NCBI RefSeq assembly: GCF_016432865.1
Contig: NC_067403.1
Coordinates: 258,602,001-258,666,000 of the forward strand
Direction of reading: 5' to 3'
Origin: Antechinus flavipes
Lineage: Eukaryota
DNA: 64,000 bases
Of the stretch, positions 1-11,819 are shown in pieces. The position numbers and the translations under genes are program-made. Each line of letters starts with the position of its first letter. Position 1 is the stretch's first letter. Under the pieces are notes generated by a model. It saw only the letters and a program-made list of their open reading frames with translations. It did no database searches and was not told where the DNA came from.

Positions 1-19
1 TTTGCTATTTCTTTGCTAA

Positions 20-190
20 TCCATTTTACTGATGAGGAAACTGAGGCAAAAGTTAGGTGAATTGCTCAGTCACACAACTGGCGTCTCAGGCCAGATCTGA
101 ACTCATTTCTTCCTATTCCAGGTCCTGGAGCTCTATCTTCGGCACTACCCAACTGCCTGGCACACAGTAGCCACCTAATAAATGTTTATT
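20..190 (-). mobile_element. MAR1/MIR-type SINE fragment plus L2-type tail
   Basis: ccattttactgatgaggaaactgaggc...tcacacaact...caggccagatctgaactc; homologous to 13640-13810. Confidence 0.65.
185..190 (-). terminator. Proximal AATAAA ~150 nt after the pseudogene stop, inside an L2-type tail
   Basis: aataaatgTTTATT here; the young units read aataaat(g/a)TTTGCT at the same site. Confidence 0.35.
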
Positions 191-338
191 TATCATTTAG
201 AATTGAAGACCTAGGCACTGATGTAAGGAGTGGAAGGGGGGATCCTTGTTGCTCTCCCAGGGAGGTGGAAAGGGGCTGCAGTTAGACTTGGGGCAGGAGG
301 CTCATTTCAAGGGTCTCATGATTATGTTATTCTTAGCC

Positions 339-1226
339 TCAGAATGATGTCTCAGGGCTGTTGGTGAGAGTGTTCCTCTCTCCACTTTCCACCTCTTGCT
401 CATCCCCCAGGATGCTCTGCAGGACTACCTTGAGGGCCTCCCTTCTTTATTGCCTTTGGCCGCCCAGGAAGAAGTAAAAGAGGCTTTTGCAGGCAAAAAG
501 CCAAGAAATGTAAGCCCAAATGCCAGCTTTCACCTTTGACTCCCATAAGTAGGCCCCGGAGCAGGACCAGGAGGTAGAGCCTGCGGGGCCGCCGGTGCCG
601 GGAGCTGCACTGGACCCTCAGCTGCAGAGTCAGGCTGGACACGCCCATCACACACGTGAGGAGGAGGAAGCACAGGGACTGGATGAAGAAGAAATCATGA
701 CAGAAAAGGTGATGGTACCCATGTGAACAGCAACAAACTGTTACCTCCAGCAGAGTCGCTAAACCCAGAGCCCAGCGCAGACCGCAGCAGACGCGTTCTA
801 GGGGCGGAGACATGGGGACCAGATGCGGAAGAGCGCGGATAAACAGCGCCCGGTGCTGATCGCCGCCAGGAGGCTCAGGTCCGCAGCGCAGAACATGAAT
901 TTGGGGCAGATCGTTAGCAAGTACCTGAAAGGATTATTTAAGTACTTAAATAATGTGTTCCTGGAGATAAGTAAAGAGTAACAAAGAAAGAGGGCGTCGG
1001 CCCCCACCAAACTGAGGATGTTCTTTTGGATGCGGAAGCCCAGGAGCCACAGGACGGTGCTGTTCCCCGCCAGCCTAGCCAGGGTAATGAGAAGTAAGGG
1101 GAGCCGCATCCATTCATCTAAAGTCGAAATCATCAGTTGTCAAAGGGGCTGAAGTTTCATTTGTGGTACTCTCAATTTCATGGTCATAAACATATACCCA
1201 TTGCTCACGTGGGAGGGCACAGTCAT
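339..1226 (-). pseudogene. MRGPR-family pseudogene (older, divergent paralog of G1-G4)
   Basis: Fragments GNSTVLWLLGFRIQ, GADALFLC, LSLLAAISTGRCLSALF and SSLTLQLRVQCSSR..RLYLLVLL occur in ORFs 798-1133 and 400-813. The ATG at 1226 is homologous to the G1 start. Lesions: in-frame TGA at 1140-1142, TAG at 798-800, frameshifts, in-frame deletions (PFSVY and TVLVFLL missing), and the splice acceptor AG changed to GG at about 1270. Confidence 0.95.
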
Positions 1227-2019
1227 GGAGGTTAGTTCCAGCCCCAGGAAGCTCCGCCCCCCTCACACACCGGGATACAAAAATATAGAAAAACATCAGG
1301 GAGTTTTTCCAGAGATTTACTCCCATCTCCACTTTCAAGAGTCAGAACCTCCTCTTCCTCACTATATTCCTCTAGGGTGCAGTTAGGTGGCGCCACAGTG
1401 CGCAGAGAGTGAGAAATAAATTAAAATCTAGTCTCTGATATTCACTAGTGAGAGAAAGAATTCTTTCATTCATATTAGTAACCAATTATTCAATTAGGAT
1501 TAAGACTTTCCCTTCTTATTTCCTCATTTAGAAGCTATTGGTTATTCAGTCAGTCTCTGGAGGACATTGCTGATGGATGAGATTGTCCAAGAACTCTGGG
1601 TACATGATTTTCCATCGTGAATGGGACCCCACCTAAGTAGATCTTACAAAGAGCATCTTACAAAGACTTTACAAAGGTGTTATTCTTCCGCCATCATTGT
1701 TCGTGGTTGTTGACTGAGTAGAGATGCATGCCTTTGTTCAGATACCTGGGGCAGCTGAACCTCCTCATGGCCTCAGAAGGTGGAGATGAAGGCTTACAGT
1801 CCAACTTCTTGTCCACCCCTTCATTGATTGTCAACCAATCAGAGCTGATTTCCATCTGAAGGTGTCACACCCACTTTTCTAAAGACTTTTTAAGCATTCA
1901 GTGCTCTCCACGGAGCATCTTTAGCTTTCAACTGAGACACTAACCTCAATCTCTTATTTGCTAGCCATTATTAATAAACTGATTATTAATTACCCAGAAA
2001 TTATGTCTCCAGGATTTTT

Positions 2020-2185
2020 CATGAGTCAAATTAGCTGTGTAATTCTGGAAAAGTCACTTAATATACTTAACTGTAACCAATAATAGCACCAACATCACAG
2101 GGTTCTTCAGAGGATGAAATGAGATAATATTTGTAAAGTATTTTAACACAGTGCCTGATGCAGAATAGGCCCTTAAAAATCTTGT
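2020..2185 (+). mobile_element. MIR fragment
   Basis: aagtcacttaa...gaggatgaaatgagataatatttgtaaag...acagtgcctg matches the MIR core/tail. Confidence 0.6.
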
Positions 2186-2188
2186 TTT

Positions 2189-2345
2189 GGGGAAGCTAGG
2201 TGCCTAAGTGGATAAAGCACCAGCCCCGAAGTCAGGAGGACCTGAGTTTAAATCTGGCCTCAGACACACTTCCTAGCTGTGTGATTGATCCTGGGCAAGT
2301 CACTTAACCCCAACTGCCTCCGTAAACAAACAAGCAAAACCAAAA
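2189..2345 (+). mobile_element. WSINE1-like tRNA-derived marsupial SINE
   Basis: ggggaagctaggtg..tggataaagcaccagccc.gaagtcaggaggacctgagtt.aaatctggcctcagacac...gggcaagtcacttaacccc plus an A-rich tail; unique to unit A. Confidence 0.85.
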
Positions 2346-4458
2346 AATTTCCTATTCTCATCTAAAGTGGGGGTGTCACACCTGGGAAGCCAGCAAAGCC
2401 CCAGAGCATGCTCCTATACATATGGCATTGCTTTGCTAGATGGGTATTGAGTTGTGTACCTGAAAATAGTGGGGTAAAATGCATGTTCCTCACTTCTCTG
2501 TGCTTAAGGGCAGGATTTGGGGGATTTAGAGATGTTTGAGTCCTCAGTATTCCAGAGGGGACTAAAGTAATGTCTGTCTAAGATTTAAAAAGCACCCTTT
2601 TCTCTGCATTGTTCCTGTCTCCGTGCTTGCTTTTCTGCAGGTTTGTTTCGTTTTCACAATTCAAACTTTTCAAGAGATTTCTTTAACAAATTAAAAGAGC
2701 GAGGAAATGATGAGCTCTTCAACAGTAGCTGTGGCCAAGGAATTGATCCCGAGGCAGACAGGGAGAAGGCGCCGATGGAGATCAGTTTAGCTCCATGGTC
2801 CCACCCTCTGTCACCCAGTCCAAAAATCCAAGTTATAGTAAACTCCTGAGTCCCACCCTTGGTAGAGGTCTCCAGGAGTCTCGTCTTCCCATGCCTTGTC
2901 ACAGATCCCAGTCATGTCCCCGAGGTTAAATTTTCCCTATAAAACCTATTTACAAGCCATCCTATGGCTGCTGTCTTCCTTTGGGTCAGTCTTCCAGGGC
3001 ACTCTGTCTCATGATGTCTTTTTCTCTATCCTTCCCCCATGTCACATGGGATCTCTCCCAACTCCAGCATTCTTAAAGCTACTTCTCCTCCTCACAGCTA
3101 GCTAACTCTTTTGGGGAGCTATGGCATGCTGCAGTTTCATGGGATGTCTCCTTTCTCTCTTTTACTAGGGAACATGCCCTTTCCATGATTAATTGTTATG
3201 CTCTCCCAGCTCTATTTCATATCTACTATTTCTGGTATCCATTGCATCCCTTCATTTGATCTTCCCTAAATAAAGCTCCTTTTTTCCAAAGAGAATGGCC
3301 ATTGTGAATTCTTCCTTGTCCACCCCTCCCTTTTTGTACCCATCATCATCTGGTGTCTACATCACCCACATTATTTTGGTTCTTGAACCACATAATTGGT
3401 GCCAAATCCCACATCCCAAACCACATCATGAGGGAACCCCAGGCCCTTTAATAAACTGCCATTGGCTCAGAGCTTTCCCTCAGTCTATCTTATTGCAGGT
3501 TGGACATTTGAAATCTCCACATCACCACAACTAACCATCACATGATCTAAATCCAATTTTCACATCCTTAGACAACCACTTCTAAAAAGGAGAGAAGGAA
3601 GTGAAACAAGCTCTTCACTGATTTTCTTTGTCAAACTGCAATAAATATTTGCTGAGTACCTACATCTTGGAGATTCTGGGCCCAGACTCATTTGTACCAC
3701 TAGGCTTGGTGTAGGAATACAAAGACAGTGAAACTGTCCTTATCCTGAAGTAGCTGATACCTTACTGAGAGGAGGCAGAGGGCAGCAGGATGCAGCCCCA
3801 GGTGTTTGCCTCCTGCCAAACCAGGTAATTGGCCAGAATAGAACATGACTGACAGCAGATATCTGAATTGGTGATTTCTATGGTTTCAGTTTCTCCTTGT
3901 TGACAAATGATGAGTTTTAGGGGCAAATGTCTGTTTACCCAGATCAAGAAGAGGGGAAAATCAAGGAGATGTAGGGTCCACTCAGCCTGAACCAGAGGGA
4001 CTGGGAATAAGATCTTACAAATCCTTGGTGTTTAGAGGTTTCTGAACATTCCAAACACACTCTCACTCATTACTGGAGGGCCCTATTACAAAATATCTGA
4101 AGGTCGGGGGCTATTCGTCCCCTTCTGGAGTAAAAGAAAATATGAAAACACAACAGCAGAAACTTCTGGAGTTCCCTACTTCCCTGACTGATATTTCCCA
4201 ACTATGAGCAAATGTATAAAGAAAGAGTTAAACTCACCAAAATATTCAGTAAATCCAAGGATGACAAATAACGATGAGGAAAGGCCCCAGAATCTGAACT
4301 TCCCTTTTTCCTCCTCAAGTTCCTAATGCCTCCTGTGCCTGGTCTTGATGTTAATGCATGTAACTGTCTTTCTCACTGAGGCATGAGGGTGGGATTAGGA
4401 GCAGGATTCAGGCAGTTTCTTCCTTACCATTATATTCTGCCCCTCCCTTCTCCCAGTT

Positions 4459-4487
4459 ACATACATACATACACACACACACACACA
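4459..4487. repeat. (TACA)n(CA)n microsatellite
   Basis: Read directly; unit A only. Confidence 0.85.
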
Positions 4488-5088
4488 AATTTTAAAAATT
4501 CTATTTGCTTTTAGATAGAAAGGGTGTAGATTTCCCAGACACCAACCTCAGGTGATGAACTCCCCAAAGCCTTCAAGTGCAGATAAAGCTTCCTAAATAG
4601 TGTTGCTCTGGGAAAGACTTTGATTCTCTGTAAACACCAACCTGTACTCTAGGACTTAAGAGGAATTACTGTTAGATTGATGTGCCCATTATTCCCAATG
4701 CACTGATTTTTCCCATTATCCTGGCATGTTTATCAATCATGGTAGCTACATTTTGAGGAAAAAAATATTCCCTGTGGTCCACCTGGTTCATGAGATCCCT
4801 CCCAATGATCACAGAACTTTTCTGAAAGAGAAATTGTGTATTCTCCGATTACCAGAGCTCTCTATAGAGTCTGAGACTTCCCTAAACTACAAGGGGATAT
4901 GAAGTAAGACTTGAACTGGCTGGAGTTCTGGATTTCAAGGTGCAAATCAGAAAACATATATATACAGTTATGAAGACAGATATATACAGTTACATCCACA
5001 CATATGTTTCTTTATTCATAGAATATACATGTACAATATATATATCTGTAAGAACATATGGGAATATACACCCATAAATATACAATAT

Positions 5089-5464
5089 TGTTGAGGTTCA
5101 AAAGTAGACCCCAAAAGGATGAAGTTGTAGAATGGAGTCATAAGGTATCTCAACAGAATGTGAAGATTTGAACCCATCTCCCAGTCAAGGGGCAAAGTTT
5201 ATTATAATTGTAACACCAATTGCAGTGGACTAAGTTCCAAAGGATTTAGCAAAGCACCAGAAGCAAGAAGATAAATTTGTAGGAACCGACAGAGATTCAG
5301 TTCTTCATGTCACTGATCTGCTAATTTTATGGCTTAGAGATAGAACTGAAGCATGGTCTGGTATGCCCTGCAATATTGAATTTTATGGTGTAGAGGTGGG
5401 GCTGAGGACTAGTCTGGTGTGCACCTCATCATTTGTCTCAGAAACCCTGTCATCCTGATCAACA
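5089..5464 (-). mobile_element. LTR-like element (paralogs about 20675-21046, 37454-37816, 54037-54406)
   Basis: TGTTGA...TCAACA inverted termini; minus-strand AATAAA at 5198-5203 followed by a U5-like tttgccccttgac; no clean TSD. Confidence 0.5.
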
Positions 5465-8119
5465 GATAGTTATCTGGTAGTCAACAATGTTTGCAAGACT
5501 CTGCTATAGTATTCCTAAGACCAGGAGACTTTAAAATCACCAACAAACAGATTATTAGAACAATAGCAATTCTAAAGTGGGGAGACCTCAGGATTACTGC
5601 TATATTTCCCCTAGAAACGTCAACCTATCAATCTGCTCTCAAGCAGTTTGTAGCCTAAATTAATTTGTGATAAAGGGAGAAAAGTTGCATCTTCTGGAGC
5701 TGTTTCAGGCTGATAAGGATTGTAGACCTGGCCTTGTCTAGTGGGGTCCAGACTGAGGAGGGGAGACACATGACTCAAAGGCAGTGACAGCAGTACCCAG
5801 GGAATGTTGAGTGTCAGAGTCAGGTATGAGGTCAGCCAAGTAGTTGAAATTTCATTATTTGGAGTCTGGAAGAAACGATGTCCACAAGTAGATTAAAAAC
5901 GCAAGGATCAAAAGTGAGCAAAAAAAAAAGAGTAAACAAAAGTAAGTTAGTATGGGGGTTAAGGGAGAGTAACCAGGAACCCCACCCAGAGGAAGAGTGT
6001 ATGTGTGGGGGAGAATAGACGAGGTTATCATGAGTGTCTCACATCCAGACAGCTTTTCCTAGGATAAATACCAAAGAACATTTTCCCCAATCCCTGCTTC
6101 TGTCTCCTCAAAGGAATAGGTTAATGGAAGGAACAGCGGCATTATACAGAGTGAAAGGAGTGCTGAGGTGACCTAGGATGCAGGGACCATAATGTTGAAA
6201 AGGCATTAGGCATTGGGTAGAGAAGATAACATGCAATGTGGAGATCATAATTAATCATAAGTGCCTTGGCCACAACTTGGGTTATTTGAGAAGTGAAACT
6301 GGGCTAATGACACTCTACAAAGAACTGGGCAGGCCAAAATGAGGCAAGATTTCCTTTAGCCTTATAAAGGATGGCTTCTGTTCAATTAGTAAAGATGCCA
6401 ACAAAAACCAAAAGCAGTTTGACTTTCCTTCGTGTGGGGGGCATCTGTGTAAAAGCTTTGATGAGGGGAGAGTTTGGCCCTCTGAGCAGAGGTTTCAGGG
6501 GGAGAGTGACTTAGACTCCAAGGTGCTATTGAGACTCACCACAGAGTAACCTGCCTTCCTTTGTCCATTTTCAAGAAAACTGCACCCATCAGTAAGTCAT
6601 TCACTGACTGGGTTTTGAGAAGAATGTTCTGTTTTCCTAATGTTCCCAGATTCTTAAATCTTCTCTTAACACAGTCAGTGCAAATAGACTATGATTTACA
6701 CATCCCTTTAGTGGGCTTTGATTAGAGCTCCTTTAAAACTGCTTATACTGTCATATCCCAAATAACAAATTTCAGAGAACTGAGTATTGTTTCTTTCTGT
6801 TCCCCTCACCCCTTCATCTATGTATCCCTCCTCCAGTCATGGAAGAGGGAAGGAGGAAGAAAGAGAAAGAGACTTTCTTTCCTTTATCAGTGTCCTCTTA
6901 GTCTTGGGGAGGCCTTCATCTAGTCGAATTTGCTTCCAAATTACTTGACACACACCCAAAAATCATTTGTCTCAACAATGTCATTGTATGTTGGTCATAT
7001 CGAAAAATCGATACGAAGATATCAAATATGAAGCAATTATATATCATAAAGCAGTGAACATTCATATTGCATTTGTTTTATGCTAAGCACTTTTGCAATC
7101 ATGTGATCGTCACAACAACAATCATTATTTCTCTTTACAAATCAGAAAACTGGACACAGAGAAAATAATTTGCCAGAAATTACACAGCTAATACATATCC
7201 CAAACTGCAATAGAGAACAGTGGACTTACCAAATGCAGAGCTTGAGTGGCTTTCTCATCTTACACTGCCTGTTGAACACTGCCAGAGGCACTCAGATTCT
7301 TCTCAGGAAGTTGCTGGACAGAAGCTGCTGAAGGTTGGGGCAGTTGGTGCCAGGATCTCCCTTTGATGGTAGTTTCAAGTGCCAGGATGGAGGGAATGCT
7401 GACCATGGTCCTGACCTCTATTTCCTCAAGCTGCATTGGCAAGGTGTTTGGATAAGGTATATGGGGTCTCCATGGCTGTTGCTGCATCAGTCTTGTTAGC
7501 AATCTCCACCACTGAGATACACTTAAGACTCCAGGGAGTGGAGCATGCTCAATGATCAGGTTTCTGGGATACTTTCCCAATGCAACAGAAGGGACTTCAG
7601 ACAAGATAGAAATCAAGGAAGAATAAGCAAAAAGTTACATTTTAATTTTTTTTTTACTCCCTTCTTTCAGAATGGGGCAAATTCCAGGAATTATCCCTAA
7701 TGTTTCAAGAATTTTTCTTGCAATCTTAAAATGACTAATTGCCAAGGTGCTTAACTGTTGCTCTCAAAACCTTGAGAATCTGCTAAGACATTATTTGGCA
7801 GTTCTATAATTTTAATTAGCTAATTTTATGTCTGTACACTTGGGCAGAGCTGGGATCCAAAGGAAAAAGTCAGGCTTTTTCTCCTTTTAAGGCGAGAGTC
7901 AAGAATGTTAAAAAGTTTTCCTAGCATTCAAACTACATTATACAAGTTTTTTTCTTGCTGGCTGTATTTTAAATCTTTCCAGGTAACAGAATCTAGCTCA
8001 CAGAACAAACCTGATGGAGACATTCTGTACAGAAACATCAACATAGAAAAAAGACATGGAAGAACTGTCCCATTTTTTGAGACAAAAAGTTAAGATATGT
8101 AAACCCTAATATTTTCTTA

Positions 8120-8718
8120 CTTCTCATCTAAAGCGGGGATGTCACAGTTGGGAACCACTTTGGTCACTGAGTAGTGAGTAATGGACCTGAAAATAAGGAG
8201 GTCAAACGAATAACCCCACTTCTCTATGGCTAAGGGTAGCTTTTTGGGTTTTTAGAGGTGTTTGAGTCCCCAGTGTTGCAATAGTAATGCCTGTCCATCT
8301 AAAATTTTAAAAATGTACTTTTCTCTATATTATTCCTGTCTCTGTGCTTTCATTTTTTTTTTTTTTTTGCTAGACCCAGTTTGCCTTATCTTTGCAATTG
8401 AAACTAACCTGAACTTTTCCTAAGTTAATTTTTTGTCCTTGAAGGAGAGATTCAAGGTCCAAGACTGTCCTGATTAGATTGCCTCCTTAATGATAAAGGA
8501 TCTCTGCAGCTTGGAGTTATGTCCAGCCTCTCTAAATGTGTGATAGGCTCCCCCAAACTCTTTCCTCATGTCCTGGTGTTAGCCTCAGTTTCCCTCTAGA
8601 TGGGGAATTTCTGTGTCCCCAACTTCCCAAGTCCTAAAATCCTCTTGTGATCCCAAATACAAAGAAGGGTGTATCTCTTTCAGCTTCTCCTCAGGAAATA
8701 CTTCCCCCCCCCCACCTC

Positions 8719-8769
<51 letters not shown>

Positions 8770-8950
8770 TCTCACTCTGTCTCCCCGTCTCTCTCTATTT
8801 CTCTCTGTCTCTATCTCTATCTCTGTCTCTGTCTCTGTCTCTGTCTCTCTCTGTCTCTATCTTGATAGAGTTTGCCTCCAAGTGGCTTGGGAAACTCTGG
8901 GAACCATTTTTACCTGAAATTTTCCCTTTCCTTCCAAATTAATAGGCCAT
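8120..8950 (+). mobile_element. Possible old LTR (PPT-like AAAGCGGGGA then TGTCAC), related to 2357-2670; contains the (CT)n tract
   Basis: Shared ~300-bp homology with 2357-2670 starting at tctcatctaaag(c/t)gggg; boundaries unclear. Confidence 0.3.
8720..8861. repeat. Compound (CT)n/(CTCTGT)n microsatellite
   Basis: Read directly from the sequence. Confidence 0.95.
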
Positions 8951-9509
8951 AGAATCTATGATTCCTTAAATCAGGAAAATGGGACAGAATTGCATCCAAT
9001 AAATAATTTGTTCCACTAAATAAACTTTTGCAGCCAAAGTAGTTTATTTTGAATGAGGAAGGATAGAAGTAGTCTTTTGTATATATTTTATAACAATATA
9101 TTTTATAATATTTTGCCACTGATAAACATACATCCATGCCTTAGAAATATCATAAATATTTTAGCCTTTCAAATTAATTCTGAAAAAAACTAATTCTCAG
9201 TTGATAATTTAAGTATTTTAAGTTGATTTTCAATCATTCTGCTTAAATTCATTTAGAACTAACTTTAATTAAGCTGTAGATTTGGGATCTTTAATGTAAA
9301 TTCAACTAATTTTTCAGTTCATCATTTTAGCATTGAATGACTATTTCTCCCTTTTCCATTGAAAATTTTAATCTTCTTCCATATGGATTTCCAGGGAATA
9401 ATCCCATAGATGAAGCAACACAACCCTGAAATTGGCCAAGTGTTTTAAATCTGAGATCCTCCCTGGATAGTCAAATATACTCTTGCTGACATTTAATGGA
9501 AAGTCATCC

Positions 9510-9925
9510 TGTAGAGGGCTGGAAGGATTGCAGAGGACTGGAACTCTGAAAAGGTGTACTTGAATCCAAGACAGCAGAGTACTTAAGGCTAAGTGGCTAC
9601 TCAATGTGAGATAATGGTTCTATAAACATATACTTAGGTGATAATGGTGATATGATGGATCTCCTCACAATTAGAGCTTGCTGAATGTGTTGTGGTGAGG
9701 TAATCCTAGGAAGGATTGGATGGCTGAGGGAGAAATTCAGAGTCTCTCTACCACAGGTTGCTCAAGACTTCAGGCTCCAGACTTCAGAGTACAGGATCCA
9801 TCCTTGACCAGACACATGGCAGCTTGCCTACCTCCTTCATTTCTCCTCCTAAAAACCCAGGATTGTGATTGATCCTGACTTTGACTGATCCTGAGGCCCT
9901 CCAGAAAGCTATCCCGGACATTACA
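9510..9925 (+). mobile_element. Solo ERV LTR (TG...CA, 6-bp TSD TCATCC), unit A
   Basis: tgtagagggctgg...ggacattaca, flanked by tcatcc / gcatcc; resembles dasyurid LTRs as recalled. Confidence 0.8.
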
Positions 9926-10812
9926 GCATCCAATTTAAATGAGGGCTTCCACTAAAACAGCAAATACAGAATGGAAATTTCCAATTTCATTATGGCTGAG
10001 TCCTCCCTTGGATGCTGCTATTTCTGATGCTTAAATACTGACTTTCCAAAATTATTATTACTAATTCATCTCTAAGAAATCACAGTGACCATTCATTGTT
10101 GATGGGATTTTAGTGGCATATTAGTAATGATAATGAAAAATGAAAACTTACTGCATCCTAAGTTTCTAGGATAAGTCCTTGCCATGTGTCCAGAAAGGTA
10201 GTTCTCTTTTATGTAAGATGTGTTTTAGTTGTAGAATATAAACTTTATCCACCTGATGAATGACAGCCCTTTCCAGCTGGAAGCAGAAAATTCCAGCAGA
10301 AGACAGAGATTTACAGCCCTCGTCCCCAGAATTTCTGCTCCCCAGGAGATAGAAAAGGTGGGTCACAGCCCAGGGACTACTGTCTAATAAAGAATTGTGA
10401 AGCAATTAAAATCTTTTTGCTCCTGATTTGTCTGCAAGAAAACCCCTATCCTACCTTATCTTCCTTAACTCTCTTTTACCACTTTGTAGGCTATTAAGAA
10501 TTGCTAGGTAAGTGCTAAATTTCAAATTGCTAGTGTGCTAGATCTTCAGGTCTAGCAAACCTGCTGGCCTCCTTCCTCTAAAGATAAGAAGGTTCCCCAA
10601 TTTAAGGCCCACTTTTTCAGAGTAGCATGTTCTCCAGGAAAGCTCAGTTTCTTTCCTGGGGTGCAGGGTGCTATTGGTTGGATTTATTTGGGGACTCCTT
10701 AGATAGATCTTTTCCTTTTGCATCGACTCTACTTTTCTGGGATGCTGGGATTGTGAAAGACAGATATTGAGGATTGGGACTGGAACTTTCCTGTCAAAAG
10801 TATTTTTAGTAG

Positions 10813-11138
10813 TGTGTGTGGGATCTGGTGCAAAACCCCATTTCCCAATTAATTAATCAGAGACATCATCAGATACAAAGAGAAAGCATTTATTTACTTC
10901 TTTCAGGGAGAGACCCACACACTGCTGGGAGCTATCCCAACTCCCCCATGTGCTCCTGAAACCTGGCCAGCTTCTGGCTTGTCCAAGACGTAAAAAAGCA
11001 AAAGACCCAAGCATTTTCATTGGATAGACTGAAGGATATAACCATCCTTGATCAATGGTCACCAATTGAGAACAGTGGTCTATGTCTTTATCCCTCAATT
11101 CTTCTAAGGTTTGTGCTTGTGCTTCAGTATCTTTGACA
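10813..11138 (-). mobile_element. LTR-like element with adjacent PPT (paralogs 27530-27855, 44035-44361, 59998-60322)
   Basis: TG...CA ends; minus-strand AATAAA at 10889-10894; minus-strand purine run AAAATGGGGGGAGCA directly before TGTCAAAG. Confidence 0.55.
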
Positions 11139-11264
11139 TGCTCCCCCCATTTTTGACATGAGGGATGGAGTAGTCACTGGTCCACAGACCTGTAGTAGGA
11201 TACCTGGGTCCAAATTTTTCCAACCTTTTCCCCCCAGGGTCCTAAAGTATGCCAATGTCTTTTT

Positions 11265-11650
11265 TTTTTAAATTAAAGCTTTTTATTTTTCAAAGTACAT
11301 GCATAGATAATTTCCCAACATTGACTCTTGCAAAACCTTGTATTTCAAATTTCCCTCTCCTTTCCTTCACCCCCTCCCCTAGATGGTAAGTAAGCCAATA
11401 TATATGAAACATGTTAAAATATGTTAAATCCAATATATATGAGTATATATATATGTATATATACACAAACATACATTTATGCAATCATCATACTGCACAA
11501 GAAAAATCAGATCAAAAAAGAAAATAAGGAGAGAAAGCAAAATGCAAATAAACAACAACAAAAAAGGAAACTGCTATGTTGTGACCCACACTCAGTTCCC
11601 ACAGTCCTCTCTCTGAGTGCAGATGGCTCTCTTCATCACAGGATCACTGG
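11265..11650 (-). mobile_element. Old L1 3'UTR fragment, antisense (paralogs about 27985-28375, 44490-44850, 60450-60810)
   Basis: T-tail, cttgcaaaaccttg...cccctcccctagatgg...ctcagttcccacagtcctctctctg..gcagatggctct, typical of a marsupial L1 3' end. Confidence 0.85.
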
Positions 11651-11813
11651 AACTGGTGTCCACTAATTTCTTAAAGCCCTGTGGATGGATTGGAAAGGGC
11701 AGGTTTCTGTCACCTTAAACTTTGAGGCTGTGTTTAGTTTAAATTGGAATCATTATTCTGAAATTGAATAAGATCATTACTATTAACTACTGAATGCTAA
11801 ACTTGTGAACTTG

Positions 11814-11819
11814 TTTATT
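11814..11819 (-). terminator. First AATAAA shared by all units downstream of the MRGPR stop (paralogs 28532, 45016, 60972); implies a ~2.1 kb 3'UTR
   Basis: tttatt on the plus strand, conserved in four units; no earlier shared canonical hexamer was seen. Confidence 0.4.

Noticed and set aside
715-745. Apparent canonical TM4 cysteine (EVTVCCCS) in the pseudogene
   Set aside because: At nucleotide level it aligns to ACAGAGTTTGTC of the intact genes with a 2-bp and a 1-bp deletion. Restoring them gives TEFVAV, so the Cys run is likely a local frameshift artefact, not evidence of the ancestral disulfide.
7260-7616. 103-118 aa ORF repeated in each unit (…LLTRLMQQQPW…QLEEIEVRT…)
   Set aside because: Starts at TTG, has no recognisable homology, and is disrupted by different frameshifts in three of four copies; recurrence reflects the duplication only. 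Kept as a UTR-exon candidate.
8613-8942. SLSLSL/ERERER/VCVCVC/THTH ORFs here and at 24286-24706, 45830-46165, 57583-58139
   Set aside because: Translations of microsatellites or N gaps.
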